This document shows positions 25,886 to 38,560 of a DNA stretch of 64,000 bases, one piece after another. The notes under the pieces were generated by a model that was not told the DNA's origin, did not search any database, and worked only from the letters and a program-made list of their open reading frames with translations. The DNA is from Lama glama (Eukaryota): contig CM052818.1 of the NCBI GenBank assembly GCA_028534125.1, positions 23,624,001-23,688,000 on the forward strand. Direction: 5' to 3'. The translations under genes and the position numbers were made by a program. Positions within the stretch are counted from its first letter, which is position 1, and each line of letters starts with the position of its first letter.

Positions 25886-26794
25886 GTTTGTTTTTGTTTT
25901 TGGTTTTGTTTTTTTGGTTCCACCTCTCATCCCCTGTAGCTATGTTCTCAACAGTGTTTACGATGATGGTTGGGTACGGACACTGACTTAGCTTTCCTTG
26001 ACAGTTGAATTCTTGGTTAGCTGTGTTTTAGCGAGTTGTGGTAACTTCTTCCCATGATGTCATTTATTTCCAGCACCTTGGGTATCTCGGTTTCAGCACG
26101 CGCAGTACTGTATTCCAGTCCAGTCCCCTTGTTTCTTGGGAGGCCTGCTCATCCTCTTAGATTCTGGGTGATCTGGTTAGTGGTCCATTTGCAGCCAGTG
26201 TCCTTGGACTTTGCAGGCCAGTGCATGCTGGGTGGGGCATGGGGGTGGAAAGAGGGTGGGGAGGCTAGGGGTGGTGTCTCTATCCTGGAATAAGTTCTCC
26301 CTGTGTAAGACTAACGGGCCCACTTTCTCTGCCAGGATCCTTCCTGCTGCCAGACAGATACTATATATGGAGCCTCAGCAGCATAGATCAAGTAGATGCA
26401 CTTTGGGGGAAATGAGAGATTTGCCATTTGTAATGTCAGCAAAGGGAAATGGAAGCTATAAAGTCCCTATTTGTTATTAGTGTCACGTTTCCAGCAGACT
26501 TCAGTAATGAGACTGAATCTATATTCCGGGGAGGTTTGGAGTCTTGCTAGCTGTTTGATTTTACATTTTGATAATGACTTCTTTGAACTGGCTTATCCAG
26601 CAACAGTGCCTATACAGTGGGCGCATAGAGACCACAGGGGGTCCAAGTGACTATTGTGGTAAAAGTAAGTATGTCTGACTTTCCCAGGCATTCAAAGTCA
26701 TTTGAAGCATTTCAAGTCTCTGTTAGCCACAAATGAGTGCTCTGTTTTGGAAGTGAGCAAGGCAAGGAGGCCTGAGCCTTGATTTCATTTACTG

Positions 26795-26975
26795 AAAAAG
26801 CACCGGACCTAGAATCAGATCTGTGTTCAAATCTCAGCTCTGCTGTTAATTTGCTGTGTTCACTGAGGCAAGCTACTTACCCTCTCTGAGCTTTAGTTTC
26901 TTGTATCCTAAAATGGAGCTAACACCTGCCCAGCAGGTGCTATATAATAGTAAAATGATACAGGTGATATACTGA
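26795..26975 (+). mobile_element. MIR
   Basis: GTTCAAATCTCAGCTCTGC..GGCAAGCTACTTACCCTCTCTGAGCTTTAGTTTCTTGTATCCTAAAATGG. Confidence 0.8.
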
Positions 26976-29774
26976 TAAAACATCTCATTAATTTAATAGA
27001 GCTATACAATTCTTTTTTTTTTCTCATTTGCACAGAAACTTGAAATGTTATATGTGGCTCACAGTTGGTCAAAAGGAGATTTTAATCCAGTTTATCAAAC
27101 AGAGGTGATTAGGCTAATTGCTAGGAAATTGGAGAATCTTGTTAATGTCTCTACCACTTGAACGCGTCAGTCATTCATTTACTCGTCCATTCATCTGCTG
27201 TCTCATTTTGTAAACCATTTCATGTGCTTTGTCTAAGTCACTTGGTCTTTTGATGCTTCAGTTTTCGAATCTATGAAAAGATATTCATGCTATAGCTCAG
27301 TTATACCAGAAACGTCCTAAGGTCAGATGAAGTTCTACAGGCCTACCCAAGGGATGACACTAACGTCACATAATCAAAGCAATAGCAATTTCAGAAAAAT
27401 TAAGTTGAGATTGTTAGTGGAACTCAAAGAACACCGAAAGACCGGGAGGTAAAGGGAGAAGATCAGTTTTTAGGAGCGAGCAAGGCTCCTAGGAGTAGCC
27501 CCCTGGGGGCTCTCGGGCTCTGTGTCAGAGACAGGCAGGAGCATGTCCGAGCACTCTCCTGAGTGTGGTGTGATGCCAGGGGTTGAAAAGAGGCACCGAC
27601 CATGCTGTGGCTGACAGCCATGCTTGAACCCTGGAAAGCATTTCCTCTGTCAGGTGAGGAAAGAAGAAAGGGCACGTTCTCAGACTTGGACTGCAGGGAC
27701 AGGCAGGCGACTTCTGGCTGCTCAGTTTCAGTATTCAGCCAGGAACTTGCCAAGCAGCGCCGTCCCCAGAGGCTCTGAGCGGCCTGAGTTGGGTGGGATG
27801 AGGAGTTGGTACCCCCGCAGCATGAAAGAACGGCAGCTGGTTCTGAAATGCCTACTTAAAACTGAAGGAGAAACTCAGATGGGGGCTGAAGTTCTATCAG
27901 TCTAGATGGAGGGGGCTGAGCCTTGGAATAATGGCATTGTTAATCTTCTGCACCCTGATTCTACACACCCCCGACCTGTTAATTGAAGTACGTACAAAAC
28001 TACAAAACAGTTAACAAAATACAAAAAAAAAAAAAAAAGAACAAACATGTTGGATTTCCTTTTATCCAGTTAGAGGTCAACTATGGGTAGAAGACTTTTT
28101 GAAAACAGGCTTTAAAAGATTTCTTCCAGCACCCTAACCCTTCCCAGTCTTTCTCTCATTCTCTTTCCCCAGTCTCTCCCCCATTTCTCTCCCTGCTGTA
28201 GCATCTCCCACTTCTCCCCCAAGGCTCACATTCTACTGAAGCTGATACTTGGCTTAGCAAGAGCTCTCTTTAGCCATCCTTAGTATGGAATTGGAAAGAG
28301 GAGGAAGAATCAGATGGGACCAGCATTTACTGTGAGGGTCAGGGGATAGAATAGATTAACAGAATCAACTCAGATCATTTAAAAAATGGCAGTGTTATCA
28401 GTGCCCCTCCTCCCATCCATGAGATGCCCAACTAGCCTGCATCTTATTTAATCATTCTGATTTATGATCCTCATTGAAAATCAAATGACGACTTTGGGGC
28501 ATCCAGTGACCCTGACGAATTCCACTGGCTTCTTGCCTCTTGGGATGTCTTCCAGAGAATGTTTCTCTGAGGACGTTGTTCTGTCTTCTTCCCCAGTCCC
28601 AATGTCCCGTCTCTTCTTGTGCTAATGCCTCAGGGTCATGCAAACCACAATAGTTGGGAGCCCTGGGGGATTGGATTTCCAGAAAAATGCCAAAAACCTT
28701 AGCATTTATTTGTATTCCACTCTGATTGCTAACATTTTCAGGCTAAGAGGAAACTTAGCTTGTTTCATTATGTATTCCTTTTTGTTTCCTGGATGAAGTT
28801 AGGTGTGAGGGATTCATACTATATGTGTGATCTCAGGTTGTGAAGGCCTTTGTCCTTCCAAAGCTGTATTTTGCCCCTTTCCAGTTCTAGTGATAAAACT
28901 CGGTCCTTCTTATGGTCCTTGCCCCGATGTCAGTTAAGGAGCAGATGCTGTTGGCAGTGGTAGCATTCAACAGAAGCTCTTCATGTATGTTTTTGTGTGA
29001 AAATAAAATAATTAGGTTTGTCTGGCAGATGAAAGACCTAAAGCTAAGTATAGGCCTATTTTTTGTCCCTCCTGTCTTGTAACTTTCTTGTAACCTGATA
29101 CTTAAGCATAATGTTAAATTGCCATGATCTATCAGGTCCTTCCTCCTTAATACCTTCATCACCCATGTGATACAAAGATAGGTCCTGGCCATAAATAATG
29201 CATAAAAAACAATGCTAACATATAATGAAAAAGCACAAAGGGAAATCAAATCCAACATTTAGTAGCAAATGATAATTCATCATAATAACACACATAAACA
29301 TTTTACTTTAACTATGTTCTTCATCAAGGAAGTTTGGCTTTTTAGATTTTCATCATTAAAGAGATGACCTTGTTTTCCTTCTGTTTTAAGATTTAAGTAT
29401 TTTCACATCATTCTTCTTCCAAGGCTAAGTGGTTTTTCTGAATTGACAACATCTCTAGAACATCTACATTTCTCTGCTTTCCTTTTATGAAAAGCTGCAG
29501 CTAGCTTTCGGTTATATTAGTGTGTCACATTGGAGAGCCCTGAGATACAGGAATAAGAAAAAAAATCAAAGTCCTGAGGAAAGAGTGAAACTCTTCTTAA
29601 TAGCTATACATAATATATGATATCTGAAGTTTTGAAAAAGGTCATACAAAATTCAAATGCATATTTTTTTACCTTTAGAGTTTTAGAAAAACTCAGCTAA
29701 TTTCTTGGCTAAGATGAGAAATAACTATCTTTTGCTTTAATTTTGTTTTTGCTTTTGAAATGTGTGATACAGAG

Positions 29775-31050
29775 TGAAATCCTAAATCACAGACCTAAAT
29801 GTAAAATGCAAAACTATAAAAATCTTAGAAGATAACATATAGGAGAAAATCTAGATGACCTTGGGGGTGGGGTTAGCTTTTTAGGCACAACACCAAAGGC
29901 ATGATCTATGAAAGAAGCAATGGATAACTGGACTTCATTAAAATTAAATTCTGTTCCATGAAAGACAATATCAAGAGATTGAGAAGACAAGCCACAAACT
30001 GGGAAAAAATATTTGTAAAAAATGCATCTGATAAAGGGCTGTTGTCTGAAATATACAAAGAACTCTTAAACTCAACATTAAGGAAACAACCTGATTGAAA
30101 AATGGACCAATGAACATAATGGACTTTTCACCATGGAACATATACAGATGGAAAATGAGCAAATGAAAAGTTGTTCCACTTCATTTGTCATCTGGGATAT
30201 GCAAATTAAAACAGTGAGATACCACTATGCACCTGTTAGAAGAGCCCAAATCCAGAACAGTGTCAACACCAAATGCTGGCAAGGATGTGGAGCAACAGGA
30301 ACTCCTATTCATTGCTGGTGGGGATGCAAAATGGTACAGCCACTTTGGAGGATATTATGGAAGTTTCCTGTAAAAGTGAACGTACTCTTACCAAGGAATA
30401 CGATTGTTAGATCATATGGTATTTACCTAAAGGAGTTGAAAACTGTATCCATACAAAATTTGCACATGGATGTTTCCTGTAACTTTATTCATAATTGCCA
30501 AAACTTGGAAAATGAACTCTGGTATATCCAGACAATGAGATACTACTCAGTGCTAAAAGAAATGACCTATCATATCTCGAAAAGACATAGAGTAGGGGAG
30601 CCTTAAATGCCTATTACTAAGTGAATGAAGCCAATCTGAAAAGGCCACATACTGTATGATTCCAACTATATGACATTCTGGGACAGGAAAAACTATGGAG
30701 AAAGTAAAAAGAGTAGTAATTGCCAAAGATTGGGGATCTCGTAGAGGGATGAATAGGCAGAGCATAGATGATGTTAGGGTAGTGAAAATACTCCGTATGA
30801 TACCATAATGATAATACATGTGAGTATTTCCCCAAACTCACTGAATCTATAACAGCACAAGTGTACCCTAAGGTAAATTATGGACTTTGAGTGATAATGG
30901 TATGTCAGCGTAGATTCATCATTGTAACAAATGTGCCACTTTTGTGGGGAATATTGATAACTGGGAAGACTATGCATGTGTCGGGGCAGAAGGATATACG
31001 GAAAAACTCTTAGTTTTGCTGTGACCTAAAACTGCTTAAAAAGGTCTTTA
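29775..31050 (+). mobile_element. L1MC-like ORF2 3' end + 3'UTR
   Basis: ORF 30133-30606 contains TKCWQGCGATGTPIHCWWGCKMVQPLW. Its 3'UTR closely resembles that at 1-690. Confidence 0.92.
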
Positions 31051-31102
31051 AAACATTTTAAAATAAATTTTAACATTAAAAATTTAGGAAAGTTGAAAAA
31101 TG

Positions 31103-32085
31103 TTTAAATGGGCAAAGGACATGAACAGACATTTCTCTGAAAAGGATATACTTATGAATGGCCCACATGCATATAAAAAGATGCTCAATATTACTAATCA
31201 GTAGCAAAATGCAAATCAAAACCATAATGCAATATTATCTCACACCCATTATGGTTAGGATAGCTACGATTAAAACAAAAATAAGAACAAATGTTGGTGA
31301 AGATGTGGAAAAATTGAGACCCTTGTGCCTTGTTGGTGGGAATATAAAATAGTCCAGAAAAACAGTATGACAGTTCCTCAAAAGTTAAAAAATGAATTGT
31401 CATATGATTCAGTAATTCCATGTCTGGGTATATATCCAGAAGAACTGAAAACAGGGTCTCAAGTAGATATTTGTTAATGTATTTTCATAGCATTATTCAC
31501 AATAGCCAAGCGGTAGAAGCAATGCAGTGTCCATCAACTGATGAAAGAATAAGCAAAATATGCTATATACATAGGATATGATTCAGCCTTAAGAAGGAAG
31601 TTGTGACACGTGCTACAACAATGGATGAACCTTGAAGACATTATGTTAAGTAAAAGAAGCTGGTCACAGAAAGACAAAAGCTGTATGATTCCAATTATAT
31701 GAGATATGTAGTACAGTCAAGTTCATAAAAACAAAGTAGAAGGGCAGTGGCCAGGAGCTGGGAGAAGGGGCCAATTTATGGGGATTTACGGTTTAAAAAG
31801 TACAGAGTTTCAGTTTTGCAAGATGAGAAAGCCCTGAATTCATCTTCACCGTATGTCTTTTTGTGACTGGCTTCTTTTTCTTCACATAATGTTCTCAAGG
31901 TTCACCTATGTTGTAACATGTGTTAAGATTACCTTCTTTTTCAAGGCTGAATAATATTCTATTGTATGTATAGATTACACAGCAGTGTGTATTCATATAC
32001 TTTACTGAGCTGTACACTTAAAAGTGGTGAAGGTGGTAAATTAGATGTTACATGTATTTTACCACAATTAAAAGTAAAATAAAGT
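31103..32085 (+). mobile_element. L1MA9/10-like 3' end with an internal antisense L1 piece
   Basis: ATGGGCAAAGGACATGAACAGACATTTCTC...GGATGAACCTTGAAGACATTATG...GTACACTTAAAAGTGGT...TTTTACCACAATTAAAA. Confidence 0.9.
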
Positions 32086-33349
32086 GAGGGAGAAATCCTA
32101 AATTTCCTACATTTACTATATTCTCAAGTTTTAAGTTAAAATTTAAAAAATAAAAAAAAACCTTGAGTACCATTCATCCATGTTTCTATGAATTCATTTA
32201 GCAAACATAGATCAACTTGCATAAAAAATTGGGCTGTTTCTTGATGTTTATTTCATGTCAACTTCATAATAATCCAGGGAGATTGATATAATTGGCTACA
32301 TTGTTCTCTGAAAGAATAAGGCATGAAAGAGATACTTGTCCAAAGTCACAATGTCACTTGACAGCAGAGCTTCAGAGATAGCCAGTAGAGTTTATCTTGC
32401 ATGTCAACTCTGTTGGATTAATAGGGGCCTCCCAAAATGCTGCATTGAGGAGGAATTGGAAGCTATGTCTGCACTCAGCTGCCCAGGGAAATGAAGAGCA
32501 GAGGCAGTTGCAGCTCTCATACCAGGTATTTGGAATCCTTTACCCCTATCCAGGTCTAAATTCCTTTCATTATATATCAGCTGAGTTTTTACACTGCAGA
32601 AGTATCATCAAGAGGCAGTGTTACAGTCAGCATAGATAGATTAGATTGCCGTTTTGTTTTTTCAAGAAACTTGCAAAAAGTGAGGTATTTATGGGAAAAG
32701 GTGGGCCACGCATTTACTCTAATAAGCCCAACAACAGCAGCCATGCTCTTATTGGGTCCTGGTGAAAGGGTAGCTTTATTCTTTTATTATTTTTCTTCTC
32801 AAGAGAAAGTCAGTTACGGAAATAAGCGCAGTTTAGTTTGTTGTCACACGCACATGCACACACACATACTTCTTTATTCATCTGAAGCAAAATTGAGTCA
32901 GTGTATATTCCAAGCTAATAGCTCAGTGTGGCTGTCAGTAATTCAGGTATCTGCCAAGCCGCCTCTGTAATGTGTTTCCACACATTGCTGTAGCTCCTGA
33001 TTCACATATCCTAACTCTAGGCAAAATATTTTCTTTTATCAACTGTATGAGGAATTGTGTATCTGTGAATTTAATTTGAATAGCTATTGAAAATAAAATT
33101 AAATATGCCTCTAGATAGGCCCTTCTTGTCTGAAAGTACCATTTGAGAATTTTCCAGCTTTGGAAAACTTGCTTTTTAGGGTATTGTAGAATTGAATGGA
33201 TGTGCATAACAAATTATTCCTGAGAAAGATGCTAGATAGATTTGCCTAAAGATTTAAAATGTAACTACAAATAAAGACTCTCTTCTTAAAAAGTGATGCA
33301 ATTGGGTAAACCTTGGCCTGACACTTTCTCGTAACATATAAAACCAAGA

Positions 33350-33700
33350 CTCTCAAAACACCTTAGATAGTAAATTACTAATGTTGAAAGATATCTATAT
33401 GTCATTAAATGAAAAAATGAGGTAATAATCATGGTATAATAACAAATTTTATAACATTCTACATATATGTGTTGGTAAATGCATAGAAAAAGGTTTAAGA
33501 AACACACACACACACACACACACACCAAGACGTGTGCAAAAGCTGTTTCTGGGGAGGTGGTGGAGGCAGAGGAGAACAAAGCAAGGGTTGAATACTTTGT
33601 TACATATTTTACTTCGTTTGCTTTTGAATTTACGCAGTAATCAATTCTGTGACTTTTGAAGCTTAAAGGAAAAAAATGAATTTGTTTTTGAAATGTCTGG
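33350..33700 (+). mobile_element. L1ME-like 3'UTR remnant containing a (CA)n microsatellite at 33502-33525
   Basis: TGTTGAAAGATATCT..TTAAATGAAAAAA..ATGCATAGAAAAAGG, then about 12 CA units. Confidence 0.6.
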
Positions 33701-33899
33701 GTTCTGGCATTGCAAGTGAACAAGACGCAGTATAAAGAGACAGTGTAGTTCCATTGACAGTCGTTCTTCCAGTTGCTCAGTCATTTGGCCTAGGGTAGTA
33801 TTTTCCAAACTCTAAATCAAAATCTGTTAGTGGATTAAATCAATATGGTGGACCGTTTCTGCATCCTTTTTCTCTTTTGACAGTTTTCCTGTTGGGTAG

Positions 33900-34600
33900 G
33901 TTGGCCTCTTCTTACGATTTGTGGGAAGTACTTAAGAATTCAGTATACTACTCCTTTGGTAGTTGATGTGCTTTTTAAGATTCATCCAGTTAGTTGCTTG
34001 AATTTTCACTTTTTTGTCGATTCTTTTAATGAACAGAGCTCCTTAATTTTAATGTAATTGAGTGTGGGTGTGTGTATATATTTTTCCTTCATGGTGAATG
34101 TCATTATTGTCGTTTTTAAATCCAGTTTAAACAATCAGTCCTTATGTCACTGCCAACTATATATTTTCTTGTAGTGACTCATAACTGAATTTTAGTTTTT
34201 CTTTAATATTTGACTTTCTGATCCAGTTGGAATTTGTTTATGCTGTGATATATGATCTCATTACATTAGGAATGTAATGTACGGAAAGCCTGTTGTCCCC
34301 ACAACCATTTATTGAAAACACCATGTTTTCCCAATGATCTGCAATGCCAATTCTGTTGTAAATAAATTATATTATAACTTTTATATGTATGGCATTGCTT
34401 TGGGGTTCTTTATTTTGTTCCATTATTCATCTATCTTTGTACCAGTTCCTCCATCGCTATTTAAAATTTTTATGCCTATAAAATAATATCCCTCAACTTG
34501 TTTTCCTTCAGGAGAATTCTGATTCCCTTTGGTGATTTTTTTCTTACACATTAAAAAAAAATAGCTTGTCAATTCAGCAAAACATTCTGTGAGGTTTTAT
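33900..34600 (-). mobile_element. Old L1 ORF2 fragment
   Basis: TTAATTTTAATGTAAT, TGATCCAGTTGGAATTT, CCATTTATTGAAAA, TTTTGTTCCATT. Confidence 0.7.
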
Positions 34601-34614
34601 GAAATTTTATTTAT

Positions 34615-34719
34615 TCTTTTTCCCCTTTCCAAATATCTTTACTCTTTTTTTTTAAGTTGAAGTATAGTTAATTTACAATGTTGTGCTAATTTCAGGTGTA
34701 CAACAAAGTGATTCAGTTT

Positions 34720-34757
<38 letters not shown>

Positions 34758-34816
34758 CATTCTTTTTTAGATTCTTTTCCATTATAGATTATTATAAGAT
34801 ATTTAATATAGTTCCT
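34615..34816 (-). mobile_element. Short cetartiodactyl L1 3' end with (TA)n(CA)n and probable TSD
   Basis: TTGAAGTATAGTTAATTTACAATGTTGTG..CAAAGTGATTCAGTT. Flanked by TGAAATTTTATTT (~34600) and TGAAATTTTTATTT (~34817). Confidence 0.88.
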
Positions 34817-35089
34817 GTGAAATTTTTATTTCAATTATGGATTCACTTGGCCAAGAATTTTATTTCTACCCAAGAATAAGGTAAATTACTCTATTCACAT
34901 TTTCATGATGTCTTTGTATCAAAAGCCTCTCGGTCTGCGTTTTAAATCTTCCAGGTTCTCCCTCTTACTCTAGCTATTGCTGTGGTGACTGGTTTGCACA
35001 GGTTTCAGCCATTCTGATCCAGGTGCTTTAACACCTTCTTTGCACTTATAAGGCATACCTCTCATTTTTTGCCCATTGAGCACACTAGC

Positions 35090-36230
35090 CAGCATAGTGA
35101 CAGTCAGCAAAAGTAGCAAACTGGGAAAATGAATAGAGAAGACTGCCCTCCTGCCAGCCTTAAATTGCTGTCCTTCGTGATAAGCCTAAGCCCGCCAGAG
35201 TAGCCAGAAGTCTAACAAAAGAAATCCTGAAAATGGGAGAGACGTGGAGGGGCTAGACAAGTTCTCCGCATGCCCCTCACCTGGATGCTGCACACACAGC
35301 AGAGGCCCGGGAAAGCCCAAGTTCTTCACATGACAGAAAGCCAGCACATGCTGGGGAGATCCAAGTAAGCCATCAGAAAGTGAAAGCTGGGTCCAACCTG
35401 AAAACTACCTGAACTTTGAACCTATTTCTCGCCCCACACACAAGTTCACCAGTCAAGCATGGAAGCCTTACTAGATCAAAGGTTTTGAGCACAACCTTAT
35501 ACCAATCACTGACAGACCACAAAGTTATAAAGACACAGGGGTGACCCTTAGGATGTAGTTAAGCTGAAAAAATAAAAACAAGAATTAAAAAAAGTGGTGA
35601 CAGTCATCAGCAACCACATATCAAAAGGGTGACAGATTCTGTAGATTATGTCCAGGGATGTTAAATAAACAAGTTTATAGAAAACAACAGCAACAAACCC
35701 CCTCAGGGGAAAAATTAAAATCCAGGGCGGTTAGAATATATTGTCTAAAATGTTTCACTTTAATAACAACAAGAACAAAAGCAAATATAAAACATGTAAA
35801 GAGACAGAAAAGTGTGACATAATTAGGAAAATAATCAGACAATAGAAACTAACTTTAAGTGGGCACAGATGTTGGATTTATAATAGAAAAATTTCAAAAC
35901 AACTCAAATATGGTCAAAGAATTAAAGGAAACCTTGTTTACAGACTTTAAAGAACACATAATGAGAATGACTCAACAAAGAGTGAATATTAAAAAATAGA
36001 AACTAAAAAAAGGAAATTCTAGTGTTGTAAAGTGTAATCATCAAATGAAAAAGATCACTGTGTATAGTCAATAGCAGATACGAAATGGTAGGAGAATGAA
36101 TCAGTGAACTTGAGGATTTATCAGTAGAAATTATATACTGTGAAGAAGATGGATAAAACAACTTGAATATAGATGAAAAGAGCCTCAGAGATACATGGAA
36201 CAACATCGAAATTACCAACATACATAAGAA
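35090..36230 (+). mobile_element. Old L1 5'UTR/ORF1 region
   Basis: CAGATGTTGGATTTA, GGTCAAAGAATTAAAGGAAA, AGAATGAATCAGTGAACTTGAGGAT, AGAGCCTCAGAGATACATGGAACAACATC (ORF1 coiled-coil/RRM-type). Confidence 0.8.
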
Positions 36231-36249
36231 GAGGAAAACATGTAAAGTG

Positions 36250-36544
36250 AGGAAACAGACTTGCAGACCTAGTAAACAATTTTATGGTTACCATGGGAAA
36301 GAAGGTGGGAAGAGACAAAATTTGGGAGTTTGAGATTTGCAAAGGTTAACCACTACATATAAAAACAGATAAAAAAATTTTTTCTTCTGTATAGCACAGA
36401 GGACTATATTCAGTGTCTTGTGATAACTTTTAATGAAAAGGATAATGAAAATGAGTATGCATATATAGGCATGATTGGAACATTATGCTGTACACCAGAA
36501 ATTGACACATTGTAACTGACTGTACTTCAATTAAAAAAAAAAAA
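36250..36544 (+). mobile_element. Young lineage-specific L1 3'UTR end with poly(A)
   Basis: AAACAGACTTGCAGAC..TATGGTTACC..TTTGGGAGTTTGAGATTTGCA..GCTGTACACCAGAAATTGACACATTGTAACTGACTGTACTTCAATT followed by an A-run. Confidence 0.92.
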
Positions 36545-36599
36545 CTAGTAAGAAGTCGAGAGCCTTTGGTGTTTGCTTTGCATGTTCTGCATGTGTCAG

Positions 36600-37460
36600 G
36601 CAGTCCTTCCCTTTCATTGCTTATGGTATTCTGTTGTAAGGATGGATCTCAATTTGTTTAACCAATCAGCAATCAGTAAACATTTGGGTCACTTCAAATT
36701 TCTGACATTTGTGTATCTAGCTGCTATAAACATTTAGAGGATATTTGGAGGTAGGGGGAGCAGATGGGATTTTATTTCCCTTTATTAAATATCTAGGGAT
36801 AGAATGGCTGGATCACATATAGGTGCATGTTTATAATTTTAAGAAACTACAAAACAAATTTTCAAAGTCGTTTTAATCATTATACATCCCACACAACGTA
36901 TGAGAGTTGGAGTAGCTTCATATTCTCATCTGTACTTGGTTGGCATCGTCAGTTTAAAAAAATTTTTTTTAGTCATTCTAGTGCTTGTTTAGTGGTATCT
37001 CACTGTGGTTTTAATTTGCATTTCCTTAATCACAAATTATGTGAGAATAATTCTATGTGCTAATTTCCCATTCATGTATCTTCCTTAATAAAGTGTCTTT
37101 TCAAATCTTTTTGCCATTTAAAAATAAGTTCGGCTGTTTTATTGGTTACTGAGTTGAAGAATTCTTTCTATATTTTGGATACAAACTTTTCATCAAGTAT
37201 TCATTTTCCAACTATGTTCTTCCAGCATGGGACTTGTATTTTCATTTTGTGACAGTGTCTTTTGAAGTGTAAAGATCGATTAATTTGATGACGTCCAGTT
37301 GGTTGATCTTACCGCCCTTCTAGTTTGTAGTTTCTGCGTTTTATTTAAGAAGGATTTCCCTGCCCCAAGATCACTTAAGTCTTCTACTGAAGTTTTCTTC
37401 TGGACGTTGTACAGGCTTAGCTCTTACACGCAGGTCTGTGATGCATTTTGAATTACTTGC
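36600..37460 (-). mobile_element. L1 ORF2 3' region
   Basis: GCTGCTATAAACATT, GCTGGATCAC, GTGGTATCTCACTGTGGTTTTAATTTGCATTTCC, CCCAAGATCAC. Confidence 0.88.
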
Positions 37461-37464
37461 CCGG

Positions 37465-37900
37465 GCTGTGTTCTGCCTCTTTCTGTGTGGTGGTGGTTTT
37501 TCTGGTTTTGAGTAGTTTCCTCGTAAACTTGGACTGGACAGTACTCAGCTGAAGACTTGAAAAGAACTTTCTGAAGATCTCCAGAGCTTTTCTATGCACC
37601 TCATTTCTGTCTGATACTTTATTCTACTGATCCTAGCTGCCTTGGCCTCCCTGAATTCTCTGCTCTGTTCCCTCAACTCAGGGAGACTGCTGAGTTCTGT
37701 TTGGCTTCCCTTCTCTATCCTGCAGCCTACAGACTTTCTCTAGGTAGTAAGTTGGGGCATACTTAGGGCACACTTCATTTCTTCCCTCTTCTCAGGGATC
37801 ATGATTTCGTGCTGTTTATTGTCCAATGCCTGAAAATTATTGTTTCCAGTACTTTCCCTGGTCTTTTCAGTTGTTTAAAATGAAAGGATAAATCCAATGA
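37465..37900 (-). mobile_element. Old L1 5' end fragment
   Basis: TACTCAGCTGAAGACTTG, TTCCCTCAACTCAGGGAG, TCTCAGGGATCA, TGTCCAATGCCTGAAAA. Confidence 0.65.
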
Positions 37901-38199
37901 CTGAATGCATGAAGTTCTCAAGTAAGGTTCTTGTATTTAAATATCTCAAGAATCTTAGCAATTAGAATTCAACAGATATAAATGAGACAACAAATATAAG
38001 GGAATATAATGTTACTGGGCTTATTTATTAGAGCTGAAATTGGATTTCAGAAAAGACCCAAGTAGATGAGAAGTGGTTTTTTTTTTTTTAATTTTCCTAG
38101 AATCTCTTGAACTTTAAGACTAATGGTGGCTTGTTTAGTACATGGGAACTTTTATGGCTTTCAGCAGAGAACTTGAACCAAGGCAAGATCTGAGCACCA

Positions 38200-38560
38200 G
38201 TAGGTTGAGACAGAAGAAATGTCTAGCTACTGTGGGGTCAGATACTGTCAGATCTTGAAGCATTGTGGTGTGGCTTCAATAGAGGAGGGACACTTGTTTT
38301 TATCCAGTATCATAACAGTATTCATGTGGCAGTGATGTGGAGATGAAGGCAGAGATTCAAAACTAGGAGACAGTTGCTGCAATCCGGATTTATTTGTTAG
38401 TGTGTGGGTATGTAACCAAACCTAAGAGAAAAGGAGCAGATTTGAGACATCTTAAAAGGTTGAAACAGGAGGATTTGGCGACTGATTAGATATAGTAGCT
38501 GAAGAAGAGTGATTTAACTAATGTGCCCATGAGACATTTTGGGGAGAAGTGATTATATTT
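38200..38560 (-). mobile_element. L2 fragment
   Basis: GCAGATTTGAGACATCTT..AACAGGAGGATTTGGCGACTGATTAGATAT. Confidence 0.6.

Noticed and set aside
26495..26665. Plus-strand exon-like segment ending at GTAAGT
   Set aside because: Stops in all three frames and no supporting neighbour; insufficient as a coding exon.
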